A DNA stretch of 50,690 nt, the filler included, from Ionaspis alba (Eukaryota): NCBI GenBank assembly GCA_964255285.1. It is 2 parts of 2 records of this genome, joined end to end, with 100 filler letters (N's around TTAATTAATTAA, not from the genome) between each part and the next. Parts side by side here need not be neighbours in the genome. Positions count along the whole stretch, not along the records: positions 25,412 to 50,690 come from CAXUUL010000159.1; 1 more part is not named here. The stretch is one strand, 5' to 3'. This document shows positions 26,611 through 37,841 of this stretch, piece after piece (position 1 is the stretch's first letter; each line of letters begins with the position of its first letter). Position numbers and translations under genes: made by a program. The notes under the pieces are model-generated. The model was not told the origin of the DNA, made no database searches, and was given only the letters and a program-made list of their open reading frames with translations.

Positions 26611-27859
26611 CGAGGTCTCATCATATGACATTTGCCGGCGGCATTGTCTGAGACGCCATTCGACCGTATGGGCATTCCGCGATGGCGAGCTGTAGTATGT
26701 GGGTTGGAACCATAGTCCCTCAGAGCATTCTCTACTTTCGTCTTCTCTGCGTTACTCCTTGCAAGCTTTCTTCACACGTTACGAAGTCATTGGAGTTTAC
26801 TCTCACCGCAAGCAGGGCGTTTATATTGGACTTCACAATGGTCAACATGATTATCGCCATCCTTACGAGCGTTGCCAATGGCGTGGCGTTCGTAAAGGCA
26901 TCGGCATGGAGAAAGAACAACACAACTGCACGAACATCTAACTTTCTGGTCTGCTACTCGCCATATATCCTTCCGCCCTAGTCACCGCGTGCAGGCGAAC
27001 GCTGACAGGCACAGCGTACATGTCACGAATTAGCGGTGGCTAATGCTTTACCCGCTGCTCGTCCCCTTCCTGAAGCTATTTCCTCAATCTTGGAAGAATT
27101 CGTGGCGCCGTATTTAATCTTCTGAGGAGGGTACCAAAAATTACAGATTATCTGAGCTAAGCTAGCGAAGGCTCTTATAAGTGCGGAATATCTGGAAAGC
27201 AGGCCACCGGCGTTTCGCTGAAGCGGACAGTGATACCGTTATACTAGTCAGACCAAATAGAAATATGCTGTAGGCGTGTAATCCGTCCGTCGCCTACGAG
27301 CTATTCACCCAACGGTCCTCTCAGGTTCCCGTTGATATGTCCAAATTTTAGGGTCTGACCATCGGTTCAGTTAAAGGCGATAAGTGGCGTATGCACTGTC
27401 GCATAATCATAGCTGGCTTCAATTTGTGCACTATCATAGAAATGACGGAATGAGCTACACATACTGGCTACCAATGATGGATAATTCATATTAGTAAAAT
27501 GTATGTATAAGCTACCGATCCAGAAATCGGGGAAGTGCAGCCTATATACATAGGGGAATACGCTAGTAGCCCCTGANNNNNNNNNNNNNNNNNNNNNNNN
27601 NNNNNNNNNNNNNNNNNNNNNNNNNNNNNNNNNNNNNNNNNNNNNNNNNNNNNNNNNNNNNNNNNNNNNNNNNNNNTTGCGGATAGTCCAGTTCCTGTCT
27701 AAGGCGGGGGAATGTGCATATGCCATGTATTGGGAATGCATGAAGCACATTGTTCTTCAGTCTCAAACGTCGGCCTACAACACCAAGAGTCCAAGCCCTC
27801 TTTTGTTCAAACACTTACTGACCCACCGAAGGAAAAACATGCTGTGCAGCGACGGTACA

Positions 27860-28715
27860 CTACATTTCTAAAGCCGCCATTTCTGCCTTAACAGCCATCA
27901 GCACCTCCTCAGCTGTCGCATATTGGTGGTTCCAGCAACCCTGGATAACTTTTCCACCCGTCAGCTTGGACAAGTTTGGAAAGCGACCTTGCTCAAATAG
28001 CGTATTGACTTCGGTCTGATACTCGAACTTGCTCTCGTCACTCGGAGGCGGACTGGTCCTGTAAGGCCAGTAGCCGGTCAGAATGGTGTGAAAAATGGAC
28101 CCGAGACTGAAGATATCGATGGCGGGCGTAGACTCCCAGGGCAGTCTCGGGTCAAAGAAAGGGTCGTCCGGTAGGTGACCGCCATCCAGTCCCATCTCCT
28201 CGCACGTGGACCCACCAAAGTCGCAGAGCCAGAGATCGAGAGAGGCTTCTCCGCCTGACGATGGGTTCGTTGCGTTGACAAGATAGTTTTCTGGCCGCAG
28301 ATCCGAGTGGATGACGCCGTTCGCGTGCAAATGGGCGATAGCCTCCGTTGCTTGCAAGCACCATTTCCAGCGTAGAGGATCATCCAGAAAAGCGTTTTTC
28401 TCGTCAATGTACGCCTGAAGGCTTCCACAATTTGCTTCATCAAACATGATGCCTGGATCGTCACCTTGTCGACGATATCTTTGAACATTTAGCTTTGGTA
28501 GCCGAGAATAGGTGGAAGAGAACAGACGGGACAATCCTTGGATGTTCGCCTAGCCTTTCTAGAATCTGTTTCTCAATGGAGAAAGCTTTGTCGACTTCCT
28601 CAATCCTTTCAGGATAGGTTTGCCCTGCCCATTCCTGTCTAGGTATCTTAAGGATGACACCGGGCGCTGGGCGAAAGAATAGCGAGGTCGAGCCTTGGCA
28701 ATGCACAAGCTTCAT
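27860..28715 (-). CDS. Divergent fungal protein kinase-like protein, two exons
   Basis: VILKIP, FSIEKQILERLGEHPRIV, catalytic loop IHSDLRPEN, CDFGGS and DIFSLGS. Confidence 0.8.
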
Positions 28716-28937
28716 CTTTGAAGAGTACTAGTAGGAAATATCTTAGACGAGGAGGGCAACTGAAAAAAGGATAGGGTTCGAGTATTCAGAGTGGACGTGG
28801 GAAATTCAGCGTTTATATATTTCCTGGTCTCTATCGTCGAAGCTGAGGTTGTGCCCGCCGGTGTCCTCAATTAGAGGTATCTAGATCCGTGCTTGCGTTG
28901 GATTGAGTGATTTTCGTAAGTTGTCCATTGTGGATTT

Positions 28938-29340
28938 CTAGCTGCCTTGAACAAGTTTCACGCCGCTTGATGTCATTAGACGGAGGGCTAGCTGCCTCTG
29001 AAGAACGTCCAGGAGATAATCTGCGCTGGTAACAAGACCGAAAAGACTGAATGCGTAAAGATATGGCCAGGTGGATGAAAGTGAGCCTATCAGCTCTTGC
29101 AATGACCAGTAAAACCGATCGCTGAACTCGTCAAAGTTTTCGAAATTGGTGAAGTAAAGTTTTAGGTGCATAAGGTTATGTATGGAGCTAATTGTTTCCA
29201 AAAGTAATTGGAACGTCATCTGTTTCAAACTATTAGCCAGTGCCGGAGGAGAGTTCCTGTATCTCGTCGAGTAATGGTGACCAAATGTCCTCGAGTGTAT
29301 CCTAAGGGTTCAAGATCTGCACACAGGCATCTATGCAAAG
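28938..29340 (-). pseudogene. Possible degraded F-box-associated/LRR-like gene remnant
   Basis: Leu-periodic fragment (TWPYLYAFSLFGLVTSADYLLDVLQRQLALRL); no intact gene structure. Weak assignment. Confidence 0.25.
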
Positions 29341-29508
29341 GCATCTTACTATGAATCGCGATTGCCGCAGAGCGTGGAGTATGTTAGACAATTGGCGCAC
29401 ACGGTTGGTCTGGAAACCTGGCTACAAGCGGAGGACAAATCTGCGGGTTTCCCGTAATTTAGAACCGTGAAAATCTGAGGTGTAGGGCTTGAATCTGCAC
29501 CGCGTACA

Positions 29509-32061
29509 TCAACCAAGAGTAATGATTTTCTCCCTAGGTTTCGCCTGCGCCCACGCATCGATATGCACCGTCCCAAGGCCCATCCGATACGCAACCTGCG
29601 CCTCCCACTCCACCAGCATAACATTATACAAACACCAAGGCTTGCTTATATCGAACCGGCGCTGATCACACGCGCAAGAGTGTTTAGATTTCTCCACATC
29701 CGGGCGATCCGGGAACGAAGTTTTCTCCATCGTAACCGCCTCCTCATCAGTCAGCAGATCAGGATCCTCCTCCCCTCGTTCCGTCTGCTCTCTTGGTTTC
29801 GTGCGCGATATCCTGATAAGCTCGTACCTGCCTTCATCGTCGTCCTCCTTCATTTTCGTAGACAGCTCGGCAGGGACTATGACGTAGCCGGCGACGAAAT
29901 CGTCCTTATCGCGTATAACGAGGGGGCACACAACATGTCTATCCTTCTCGGCGTCATCGCAGCCTGTACATTTATGGTCATAGACACTCATGGCCCAATA
30001 ATGCCCGAACTCGACTTTCAGCGCACTCGTCGTCTCCGCCGCAAACACTAGATGATTCGTCCCGGCCTTCAGATTGGGACCCAACATGCGTTCCTCTTCT
30101 GGCGCGGTCGGGTGGAAGAAGTATCGCTCGGGCCTGCTCTTTTCCATGTAGTAAGGCACGCCTTGCTGCAAAGCGCCGTCCCACTGGTTGCGATACCCTA
30201 GCCGCTGGTATACGTCTGCGTTCGCTCCGGCTGGGAAGCGGAAGTCTTGGTTGGAGAACCGGGTCCCGTCTGCTTCGACCCATTCGATTCGAGAGAGGTT
30301 CTCGTCGTCGTTGCAGTTTGCTTTTCCGACCCAACCGGCCCAGCTCCAGGTGGGGAAGCTTGGGAGGTTCGTTTTTGGGTCACGCCGTCGTTTGAGTGGG
30401 CCGCCGGGCTGCCAGAGGAGCTGGGAGTCGAGCTCGGAGCGCGGTAGACCGAAGAGGAAGTCGCTGCGGAAAAGAGGATGGAAGCGAGCTTCGAGGGCTT
30501 TGAAGGCGAGGAGGATGTCTGAGGAGAAGGTCAGGTGGCGGGATGTGTATGCTTGGACCACTCGACGATAGGCGATGATGTTGACAATATGAGTTGTCGG
30601 GATTAAATTAACGTTACCATCGCCAAGACTTCCTGACCATTTTGCTCTATCGAGACCATTTTCGATGGGATCATCACTCTCCAGAAAGCTGACTTGACTG
30701 TGGTGGCACGTGAAGAAGCATCTCTGGGCACCGAAATAGAGGACTCTTGGTGAGGAAACCTTCTCTTGCAATGTCCAAGCACGGCTGTTCCATACCGACT
30801 CGTCGATCGCTGGATCAAATCTTCGCGGAAGGTTTGCGAAATAGAGGCCTTGTACATTGTCGATGTGCCTTTGAAAAGTACGAGGTCCAGCGCTCATGCC
30901 AGGCAAGCCAGCATCAGCATTATCTCCTGACGCAGCGGCTATGGTGAGTACTGATGAGCTGTATATCTGATCCATAGCGGCGATCTGGATAGCTTTATCG
31001 TCTTCGTCGTCTTGAATAATACAAAGACTATCAACCCAAAGGTACCTTTCACCAAGCATCTCAACAAGCGCCATCGCATCTTTGATGGTCTTTGGCAACC
31101 TGTGCTCTTCATGAATAAAAGCTCCCCTCACGGCTAGATCTTTGCAGAGAGCTTTCGTGTTTCGCAATGTCGCCACCCCACCCCAGACATAGCTGAGAGT
31201 AACATACTGAACACCCTGTTCATAAGCAACAACACATCGCTGACTGACATCTATCAAGCGGAACCCTTGCGGTAAATCCCGGTCTTGCACAACCGAAGGG
31301 TTTGATCCGCACTGCCCGCTCACACAGCGATGACACCATCTTTTGATCAACTCACAGTCAACTCGCGGGCTCTCAATAGAGACCCCATGGATTGTCATCC
31401 TCGTCATCACGTCTTTCTCAGCATGATATTCGGACAATATCAAGTGGCTAAAGCCATTAATGCCCTCGGGGTGTGGAACCAGCAAGAGAACCATCTCAGC
31501 GCGACCAGCAGGATTCATTGCTTTGGGCAACATCCTGAAATCACACATGACATTCTTTCCCTGCACTTCAGTCACGATCTGCTGTTCCCCTAAAGCATCT
31601 CTCACGGTCTTCGCGATCAAGCGGCAAAATGCACAATCTTCCTCACGCAGCAGAGCCCATTTCAGCGGAAACAACTTGAAGCTCTCCAGGACTTGCGCAA
31701 GGGGGCAATTGACCAGATATTGAAAGTCAACATGTCGACAAATCTCGCAGAGATGGCCTAGCTCTCCCGATTCTGAAGTGCAAGGAGTCTGCATCATCCA
31801 GCGTTTGGAAGGTTTCTCCAACGAAGGTCGCGCCTTTGGCTTTGGAATACCATACAGCTTCGAGAAGCACTGTTCGAGAAGCCTCGCCCGCTTTGTCTCC
31901 GAGAGCTTTGACCAATGGGCATCATGGTCCACATCCCTTTGTTCATCGCGAGCGGGGTCTGTACCGTCCTTCTCCTTCTCCTTGGTCTTCTCCATCGTAA
32001 GGGTTTTGGGGTTTTCTGAATCAGCAATAATATGGTGAAGCTTGGCTTCAAGTCCTTCCAT
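29509..32061 (-). CDS. Heterokaryon incompatibility (HET-domain, TOL-like) protein, 850 aa
   Basis: FRLIDV, YVTLSYVWG, LPKTIKDAM, YLWVDSLCIIQDD, MDQIYSSSVLTIAA, WNSRAWTLQE and FPTWSWAGW. Confidence 0.93.
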   Translation of the reverse strand: MEGLEAKLHHIIADSENPKTLTMEKTKEKEKDGTDPARDEQRDVDHDAHWSKLSETKRARLLEQCFSKLYGIPKPKARPSLEKPSKRWMMQTPCTSESGELGHLCEICRHVDFQYLVNCPLAQVLESFKLFPLKWALLREEDCAFCRLIAKTVRDALGEQQIVTEVQGKNVMCDFRMLPKAMNPAGRAEMVLLLVPHPEGINGFSHLILSEYHAEKDVMTRMTIHGVSIESPRVDCELIKRWCHRCVSGQCGSNPSVVQDRDLPQGFRLIDVSQRCVVAYEQGVQYVTLSYVWGGVATLRNTKALCKDLAVRGAFIHEEHRLPKTIKDAMALVEMLGERYLWVDSLCIIQDDEDDKAIQIAAMDQIYSSSVLTIAAASGDNADAGLPGMSAGPRTFQRHIDNVQGLYFANLPRRFDPAIDESVWNSRAWTLQEKVSSPRVLYFGAQRCFFTCHHSQVSFLESDDPIENGLDRAKWSGSLGDGNVNLIPTTHIVNIIAYRRVVQAYTSRHLTFSSDILLAFKALEARFHPLFRSDFLFGLPRSELDSQLLWQPGGPLKRRRDPKTNLPSFPTWSWAGWVGKANCNDDENLSRIEWVEADGTRFSNQDFRFPAGANADVYQRLGYRNQWDGALQQGVPYYMEKSRPERYFFHPTAPEEERMLGPNLKAGTNHLVFAAETTSALKVEFGHYWAMSVYDHKCTGCDDAEKDRHVVCPLVIRDKDDFVAGYVIVPAELSTKMKEDDDEGRYELIRISRTKPREQTERGEEDPDLLTDEEAVTMEKTSFPDRPDVEKSKHSCACDQRRFDISKPWCLYNVMLVEWEAQVAYRMGLGTVHIDAWAQAKPREKIITLG

Positions 32062-32671
32062 CCCTTCTCAATATCCGGAGCGCTCACCAACAAACCACCA
32101 ATTGACGAGGAAGATGATGGTTGGGGGTTGTTTGCAATATACAATGCACACATTGGTTACAAAACGATTGGGGTTTGTTGTACAGTGAGCTTGGAGTTTT
32201 TGGAATAGCAAGGAGCTTTGGTACCTCTTGAAACACTCATCAGTCGAGTAACTTTATTTTGTTGCTGNNNNNNNNNNNNNNNNNNNNNNNNNNNNNNNNN
32301 NNNNNNNNNNNNNNNNNNNNNNNNNNNNNNNNNNNNNNNNNNNNNNNNNNNNNNNNNNNNNNNNNNNACTAAGCTTGCCCAAGTCATTACGGACGCGAAA
32401 ATAATGGCGACATTGTAGTATTCCAAGCTGATTTACTACTAGTCTAAGCGAAAATGTGTAATACTGGACCACTAGCTTGGTCACATGATCCCCCCTGAGC
32501 CCCTAATTCCTACATACTCGATTTTCCCTACGCGTCGAGGTGTCAGCTAGCTCCAACTATTCAGGGCTTCCTTACTCTATTGTTTACGGATATCGAATCA
32601 AGAAATCCCAATCTGGGGGACCTAAATTGGAAATTATGACTTCGATATACTCCATTGCAATTAAGATTCTA

Positions 32672-33189
32672 CGGCAAATTACAGAAGTGAACCCCAAAAG
32701 CGACTTTTTTTACTATTTTAGACCCCATTTTACAAATTTAACCTCGTTTATTTTACTAAAATGAACCTCTACGTATAGAAACCTTAATAACATCACCAGT
32801 TTTTGTCCAAATAAAATAAATAAAGATGATATAGAATCGTTTCAGCGAGCGCATTCAAATAAATCAAAAATAACTAAAAATGGTTAGTTATTAAAAAAGT
32901 TATTGGAGGTAGAAGATAGAGGTAACATCGTGACAATTAACATACTACGCCAATAATATATATTTTAATATTATCGCCATTTTCTACTCAAATTTAGAAT
33001 ACAAAAATGATTTAGAACCGTCTCAACGAGCGCATTTAAATGAATCAAAAATTATTTAAAACGGCTGTATATTCAAAAAGTTATTGAAGGTCGAATATAT
33101 TGGCGAGCATGGGAGGGGGTCAAAATTGTAAAAAAAAGGTTAGATTAGTAAAAAAGGTTGCTTTTGGGGTTCATTTCTGTAATTTGCCG
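32672..33189. mobile_element. Mutator-type MITE (518 bp, AT-rich, long imperfect TIRs, 9-bp TSD)
   Basis: The left end CGGCAAATTACAGAAGTGAACCCCAAAAGC is inverted at the right end (GCTTTTGGGGTTCATTTCTGTAATTTGCCG). AAGATTCTA flanks both sides, at 32663-32671 and 33190-33198. Confidence 0.9.
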
Positions 33190-33337
33190 AAGATTCTAGC
33201 CAATGTCGGCAGGAGCCTAACTAGCGTTCAACCTGCATTGAGCATCTTCAACCCGTTAGGAGCAGGCTAAGTGCATGGCACCTAAAATCGTTCTCATGCC
33301 GTGAACAGTATGCTCTACTTTGCTTGACGCATTTACT

Positions 33338-35981
33338 TTATACACCAAAGCCCAAACGGGATATTTTTCTCAAGAGCTCTTTAGCGCCTTCAGGCAAACG
33401 ATCTTGCAATACATCTTCTTGCGCGTCATCAGCTCCATATTCCCGAAGAAGACGAATAATTCTCTCATTTCCAAGCAAGAGTGCAGAAGGGACTGCCTCC
33501 CGCCAAAAGCCTGATGAATGATGGGTTTTTGCTCCTTTTTTAAGAAGCTCATGGACCAGCTCCTCATCATCTTCAACTATCGCTGCGTTGAGTGGCCGAC
33601 GAAAAGAACTTTCACCTGCAGCGTTGACATCCGCTCCCATATCGAGCATCAAACGCACAATTTCTGCGTGTCCTTGGGATATTGCGACTGTTAGCGGAGA
33701 TCCCTCAGGTCCACCGGCGTTGATATCGCAGCATGTGGCAAGATTGAGGCTTGAGAAGGAAGCTCCATCCGTGCCAGTTCCTAGGCCAGCAAGCCCCATC
33801 ATTATTTTGAGTATACGAATCAACCCCCAATACGATGCATAGTAGACTGGAGTTGCGGTCTTGGATATCCGCGAGAGGCCAAACACCATATACTTACCGG
33901 GGTTTTCCAGTGCTGTGCAAGCCTGTAATGATCGTTGTTCCTCAAACAACTTCAACACAAGAAAATCTAACTCGTTGGTTTGACACGAAATTTTCTTGTA
34001 AAGAAGACACCATTCCCGGGCAGCAAAATAAGCCAGTGGATATTCCTTCCCGAGTTCTAGGTACATTTCAAATCTTTCTTCGTGTTCCTTGCCATGACAT
34101 TTCTCAAGCACTTCAGAACAGCGATCCCAAAGGTGATTGTCTAGCAGGTAAATGAGACAAATATGAAGAAGTTCTTTATGAGCCGTGAAGCTGTCTAGGT
34201 TGAACTCAGCTGGCTTTTCAAGTCGCGTAGAGCTGGATAGCAGGTATTGCTGAACGGAATAGTGAGCGATGCGAGCAATTGGAACCAATTTGAATTCGTG
34301 ATTCTGGAGCGTTGGGTCCTGACCGGGGTATATTTCCACGAGAGTGGGACATATGAAGAGTATATCTTGATGATCTTCAAGCCGACGTTTACGATGGGAC
34401 CCGACCGGTTGATTCACATCAACTGCAACGCCTTCGGCCAATTCAGACACTTTTAGAGGCCTTGATGCGAAACAGAGCAAGGTCAGAATTCGGCGGGCAT
34501 CTTCGATCAAATTTGGATCGATGTGTCTAAGCATTCGCTCGTACGTCTCAGCAAGCGTCCGAGGTAGGGAATTGAGTAGGCGGTCGAGGTGTTCTTCGCT
34601 TCGGGGGCAGAATTGAAGGGAATATAGTTGGCATTCTACCCATCGGAACCTTTATATCGTTATTTAATCACTTTAGCAATGTCATAAGGTCGTTAGTTTA
34701 GGCCACGTACATTCCATTGGCTTTTTCGGACAGTATATTTGCAATCTTACCCCGATATGGGTACCATCTCCGAAGTTTGTGGTCCGTATCAAGGCGAGAC
34801 TTAACATAGTTGGAGATGTCCTGGTCTAATCCTTTATCTGCCATCATAACCTGTTGACTCGTGGGAAGCGCAAGGCAAGACCCAATGTCTGGCTCGTCTC
34901 GGCTGGTGATTAAAAGATGTAATTTTTGAATTTTCCAATTCCGAATTGTCTCAAATACATCCAACACCCTTTGTCGTGGTCCATGTTGGGGACTCTCGTC
35001 AAGAGCGTCTATTGCAATAAACACCTCAAAGAACTCTTCGCACAAAAGTCGTAGGTATTGAATGAGGACTGATGCGGGAGGTGTGCCGGGTTCGTACGTT
35101 TTGTTCAATTGCCGGAGATGTTTATGGTCGTTTTTCAGTTGATTTGAGAGCTGAAGAAGCAAAGCTCGAAGCATGGCTATTTCGTCCTGTTTGGACTGAT
35201 CGCTGAAGGTAAAATAGAAAAAAGCAATGCCGGTTCTTGAGCTGACACTTGAACGCCGAAAAAGAAATTGAATGGCTGTTGAGCATAACACCGACTTTCC
35301 AGACCCGGCAAAGCCATGAAGCCAAATTACCGAACTTTCTTTGGTCAGCCAACTCAAAAATTGAGGACTGTCAATGAACCAACGGCCTGTAGCAGGATGC
35401 TTCTTGGCACAGGCCGCATTGTGTTCAATTGTGGCATCTGGGGCTTTGAGCCATGCGCATAAATGCGACGAGGTTTGCTCGATCCTGACCCGGTCTATGA
35501 GAGCTTTTGTTTCTTCAGATCCACGAAGCGTTTGCTGAGCATTCAGTAAGTTCAGCGCAAGGGAAAGAGTGTTCCGAGCCTCAGCGATATCCTTGTTAAG
35601 CTTTAACAAAGCATTCTTCTGGAAGTAATAAGTCAATCTATTGACTTGTGTTTTGGTTTTAGATTTCAGATTGTCGGATGGTAGCTTTTGAAACTTCTGG
35701 CACTTTTCCTCCAGTTCTTGAATCAGTTTAACGACCTTCTCTAACGACGTTTCGAGACTCTTCATCAAGTCGACCTCATCTTGTTGAAATTCTCGAGAAT
35801 GCAAAGTGCTCCTAAGATTACGAGAAATATCCAGAAGGTCCTCAAGATTATCGCAGATAGCACAACGTTCGGAGTCTTGTTGGAAATATGAAGTGAAAAA
35901 TTCGATGAGCGACAGCGTGATATTTGTTGCTAGCGACACCAAGCCTGCCAGACTCCCTGCGATTGATAATGGGTCAGGCAT
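33338..35981 (-). CDS. Fungal NLR-like STAND protein: HeLo-like N-terminus, NACHT, winged helix and ankyrin repeats; intron 34650-34710
   Basis: N-terminal MPDPLSIAGSLAGLVSLA, Walker A GFAGSGKS, Walker B IAIDALDE, LLITSR, spliced GMFRWVECQL, AHYSVQQYL and ankyrin repeats (SPLTVAISQGHAEIVRLMLDMGADVN). Confidence 0.92.
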
Positions 35982-36501
35982 GGATATTGATTATGCTGCA
36001 ACTTTAGCAGCAAATGGGCGGTAATGCCGTAAGGAAGGACACAAGCCGAAATTCAATGCGGTCTGCACCGAATTTATCGGAGCTGAAAGCCAGGACAATC
36101 GCTTTGAGTACCTTTACGGCCAAATCGCCTACAACGGCCACGTAAGTTTCAAATCTGGAGGCAATAGACGTTGCTTGAAATCCCACTTGAGGCCATTCAA
36201 TATTCAGAGATCGACTTTTGGCACCTGAAGCTGCAATTTTAAGAAGCGACCGAGGGAAGTCAGATTAAGTGAGTGAAATCCGACCCTCTTTCAGCCTTGC
36301 ACGTGCTGCGCCTTCGTGACTGCCTAATTTACCCCCTGCTCTCGAGTTCCCTCTTACGCCACCTTCGCCTCTACCGTCGCAAGCTGAAAGGAAGGCCCCA
36401 GGACGCTCTTGGCGGCCCTCTGCTTAGTATAGAAGAAATAGTCCGCTAATTCAGGCTGTATTTGGACTGCACAAAATATCGAGACATATATTGTATATAT
36501 A

Positions 36502-36965
36502 CTCTGAGCTTAGGAGTTGAGAATCCTATTTCCGTTCGGAAAAGGGAGCAGCGAGGGAGCAAAGCGGCGCAGCAAGGGAGCACCGGGGGAGCACGAGGGA
36601 GCATAGGAGAGCAGAAAGGGAGGAAAAGCACGAAGTGGGCCTTAGTGAGGGAGCAATGCGGCGGTACCGTATATTTGAAACTCGAGGATACTATACACAT
36701 ATATATATATTATATCGACCCCGAACTTAGGATTAGAGATTGCCGTTCGGGGCCAGGAAAGGGAGCAGGGCCGNNNNNNNNNNNNNNNNNNNNNNNNNNN
36801 NNNNNNNNNNNNNNNNNNNNNNNNNNNNNNNNNNNNNNNNNNNNNNNNNNNNNNNNNNNNNNNNNNNNNNNNNGGAAAGGGAGCAGGGCCGCTTTAGAGG
36901 GAGCACAGGGGAAGCAAGGGGGAGCACGGAAGGAGTACACGAGGGAGTATTAAAGGAGGAGCCCG
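36502..36965 (+). repeat. Two tandem copies of the GGGAGCA-rich repeat family separated by a TA-rich spacer
   Basis: Degenerate CTCTGAGCTTAGG at 36502 and CCCCGAACTTAGG at 36719, each followed by GAAAGGGAGCAG and (GAGGGAGCA)n. Confidence 0.85.
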
Positions 36966-37282
36966 TACCGACTCTTAGCAACAGACAAGGCAACACAAGG
37001 GAGTCGGAGTTGGCTGCTTTGTACCTGCATGTAGCTGCCGAAGATCTTTTTATAAATTTTGCCAAGCCTACTACCTAAGCTCAGCCTCCTCTTGCCTAGA
37101 CTGAGGACCTTCATAGAATGCCTACGCGCTATCTGAGGATCGAGAGAATGCCTGGTGGAGACGTCTGCTCCGATCTACTCGAATATGTCAAGAACCAAGC
37201 CACTTATCTTTTTAATTGGACACCAATCTTCATTCGCGTAGAATATAATTAGTTATATAAAACTTATCATGATTATAGGTTA

Positions 37283-37417
37283 GCCGGGGTAGCTCAATCG
37301 GTAAGATGCTTGATATAACCCGCTGAATACCTGAATTCCCTAACCTCTTGTAGGTAGAGCGTGTGGCTCTTAAGAAAGAAAACCTCAAGGTCGCGGGTTC
37401 GAGCCCCGCCTTCGGCT
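37283..37417 (+). tRNA. tRNA-Lys(CTT) with a 53-nt D-loop insertion (37301-37353) and a 9-nt canonical anticodon-loop intron (37373-37381)
   Basis: Acceptor stem GCCGGGG/CTTCGGC, A box TAGCTCAATCGG, D stem GCTC/GAGC, anticodon CTT at 37369-37371, T arm GCGGG-TTCGAGC-CCCGC, and T-runs immediately downstream. Confidence 0.92.
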
Positions 37418-37421
37418 TAAA

Positions 37422-37437
37422 TTTTTCTATTTTTTTA
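37422..37437 (+). terminator. RNA polymerase III terminator (oligo-T) of the tRNA gene
   Basis: TTTTT begins 5 nt after the discriminator base and is followed by a longer T run. Confidence 0.75.
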
Positions 37438-37841
37438 CTTATTTCTATTTTTTGTGCCCTCAACTTCAAAATAGGATGAGCTGATTGCGGTAGTCTTTTT
37501 TTTTTTTTAACTGAACTCTAGTCATTATGGAGTCGGGCAAGTGGCTTAGTGAAGGTGCGGACCAGTTTGATATTGAGTAGCAGACGTGGGTGAATGTCTT
37601 ACTCAGGATATCAGGTTAAGGGTCACACATTTAGTCGTAATAACAAGGGGTGCGATAACTCTGGGCGCATGTATACCATATTGACAGCCGTATATAATAT
37701 GTAGAAGCGGCTATGGACCAGAGCTTTCGCTTTCCAATCACAGCACTGCTTGCGTTCTATCCCATCGCCCGGCGCAAAAACATTAAGATTTGGTCCTACA
37801 CAGGCTTCATTTTCAACCATCCTGTTCCCATTCCCTTACCC

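Noticed and set aside
26682..26981. Hydrophobic 99-aa ORF, possibly a membrane-protein remnant
   Set aside because: No confident family motif or gene structure.
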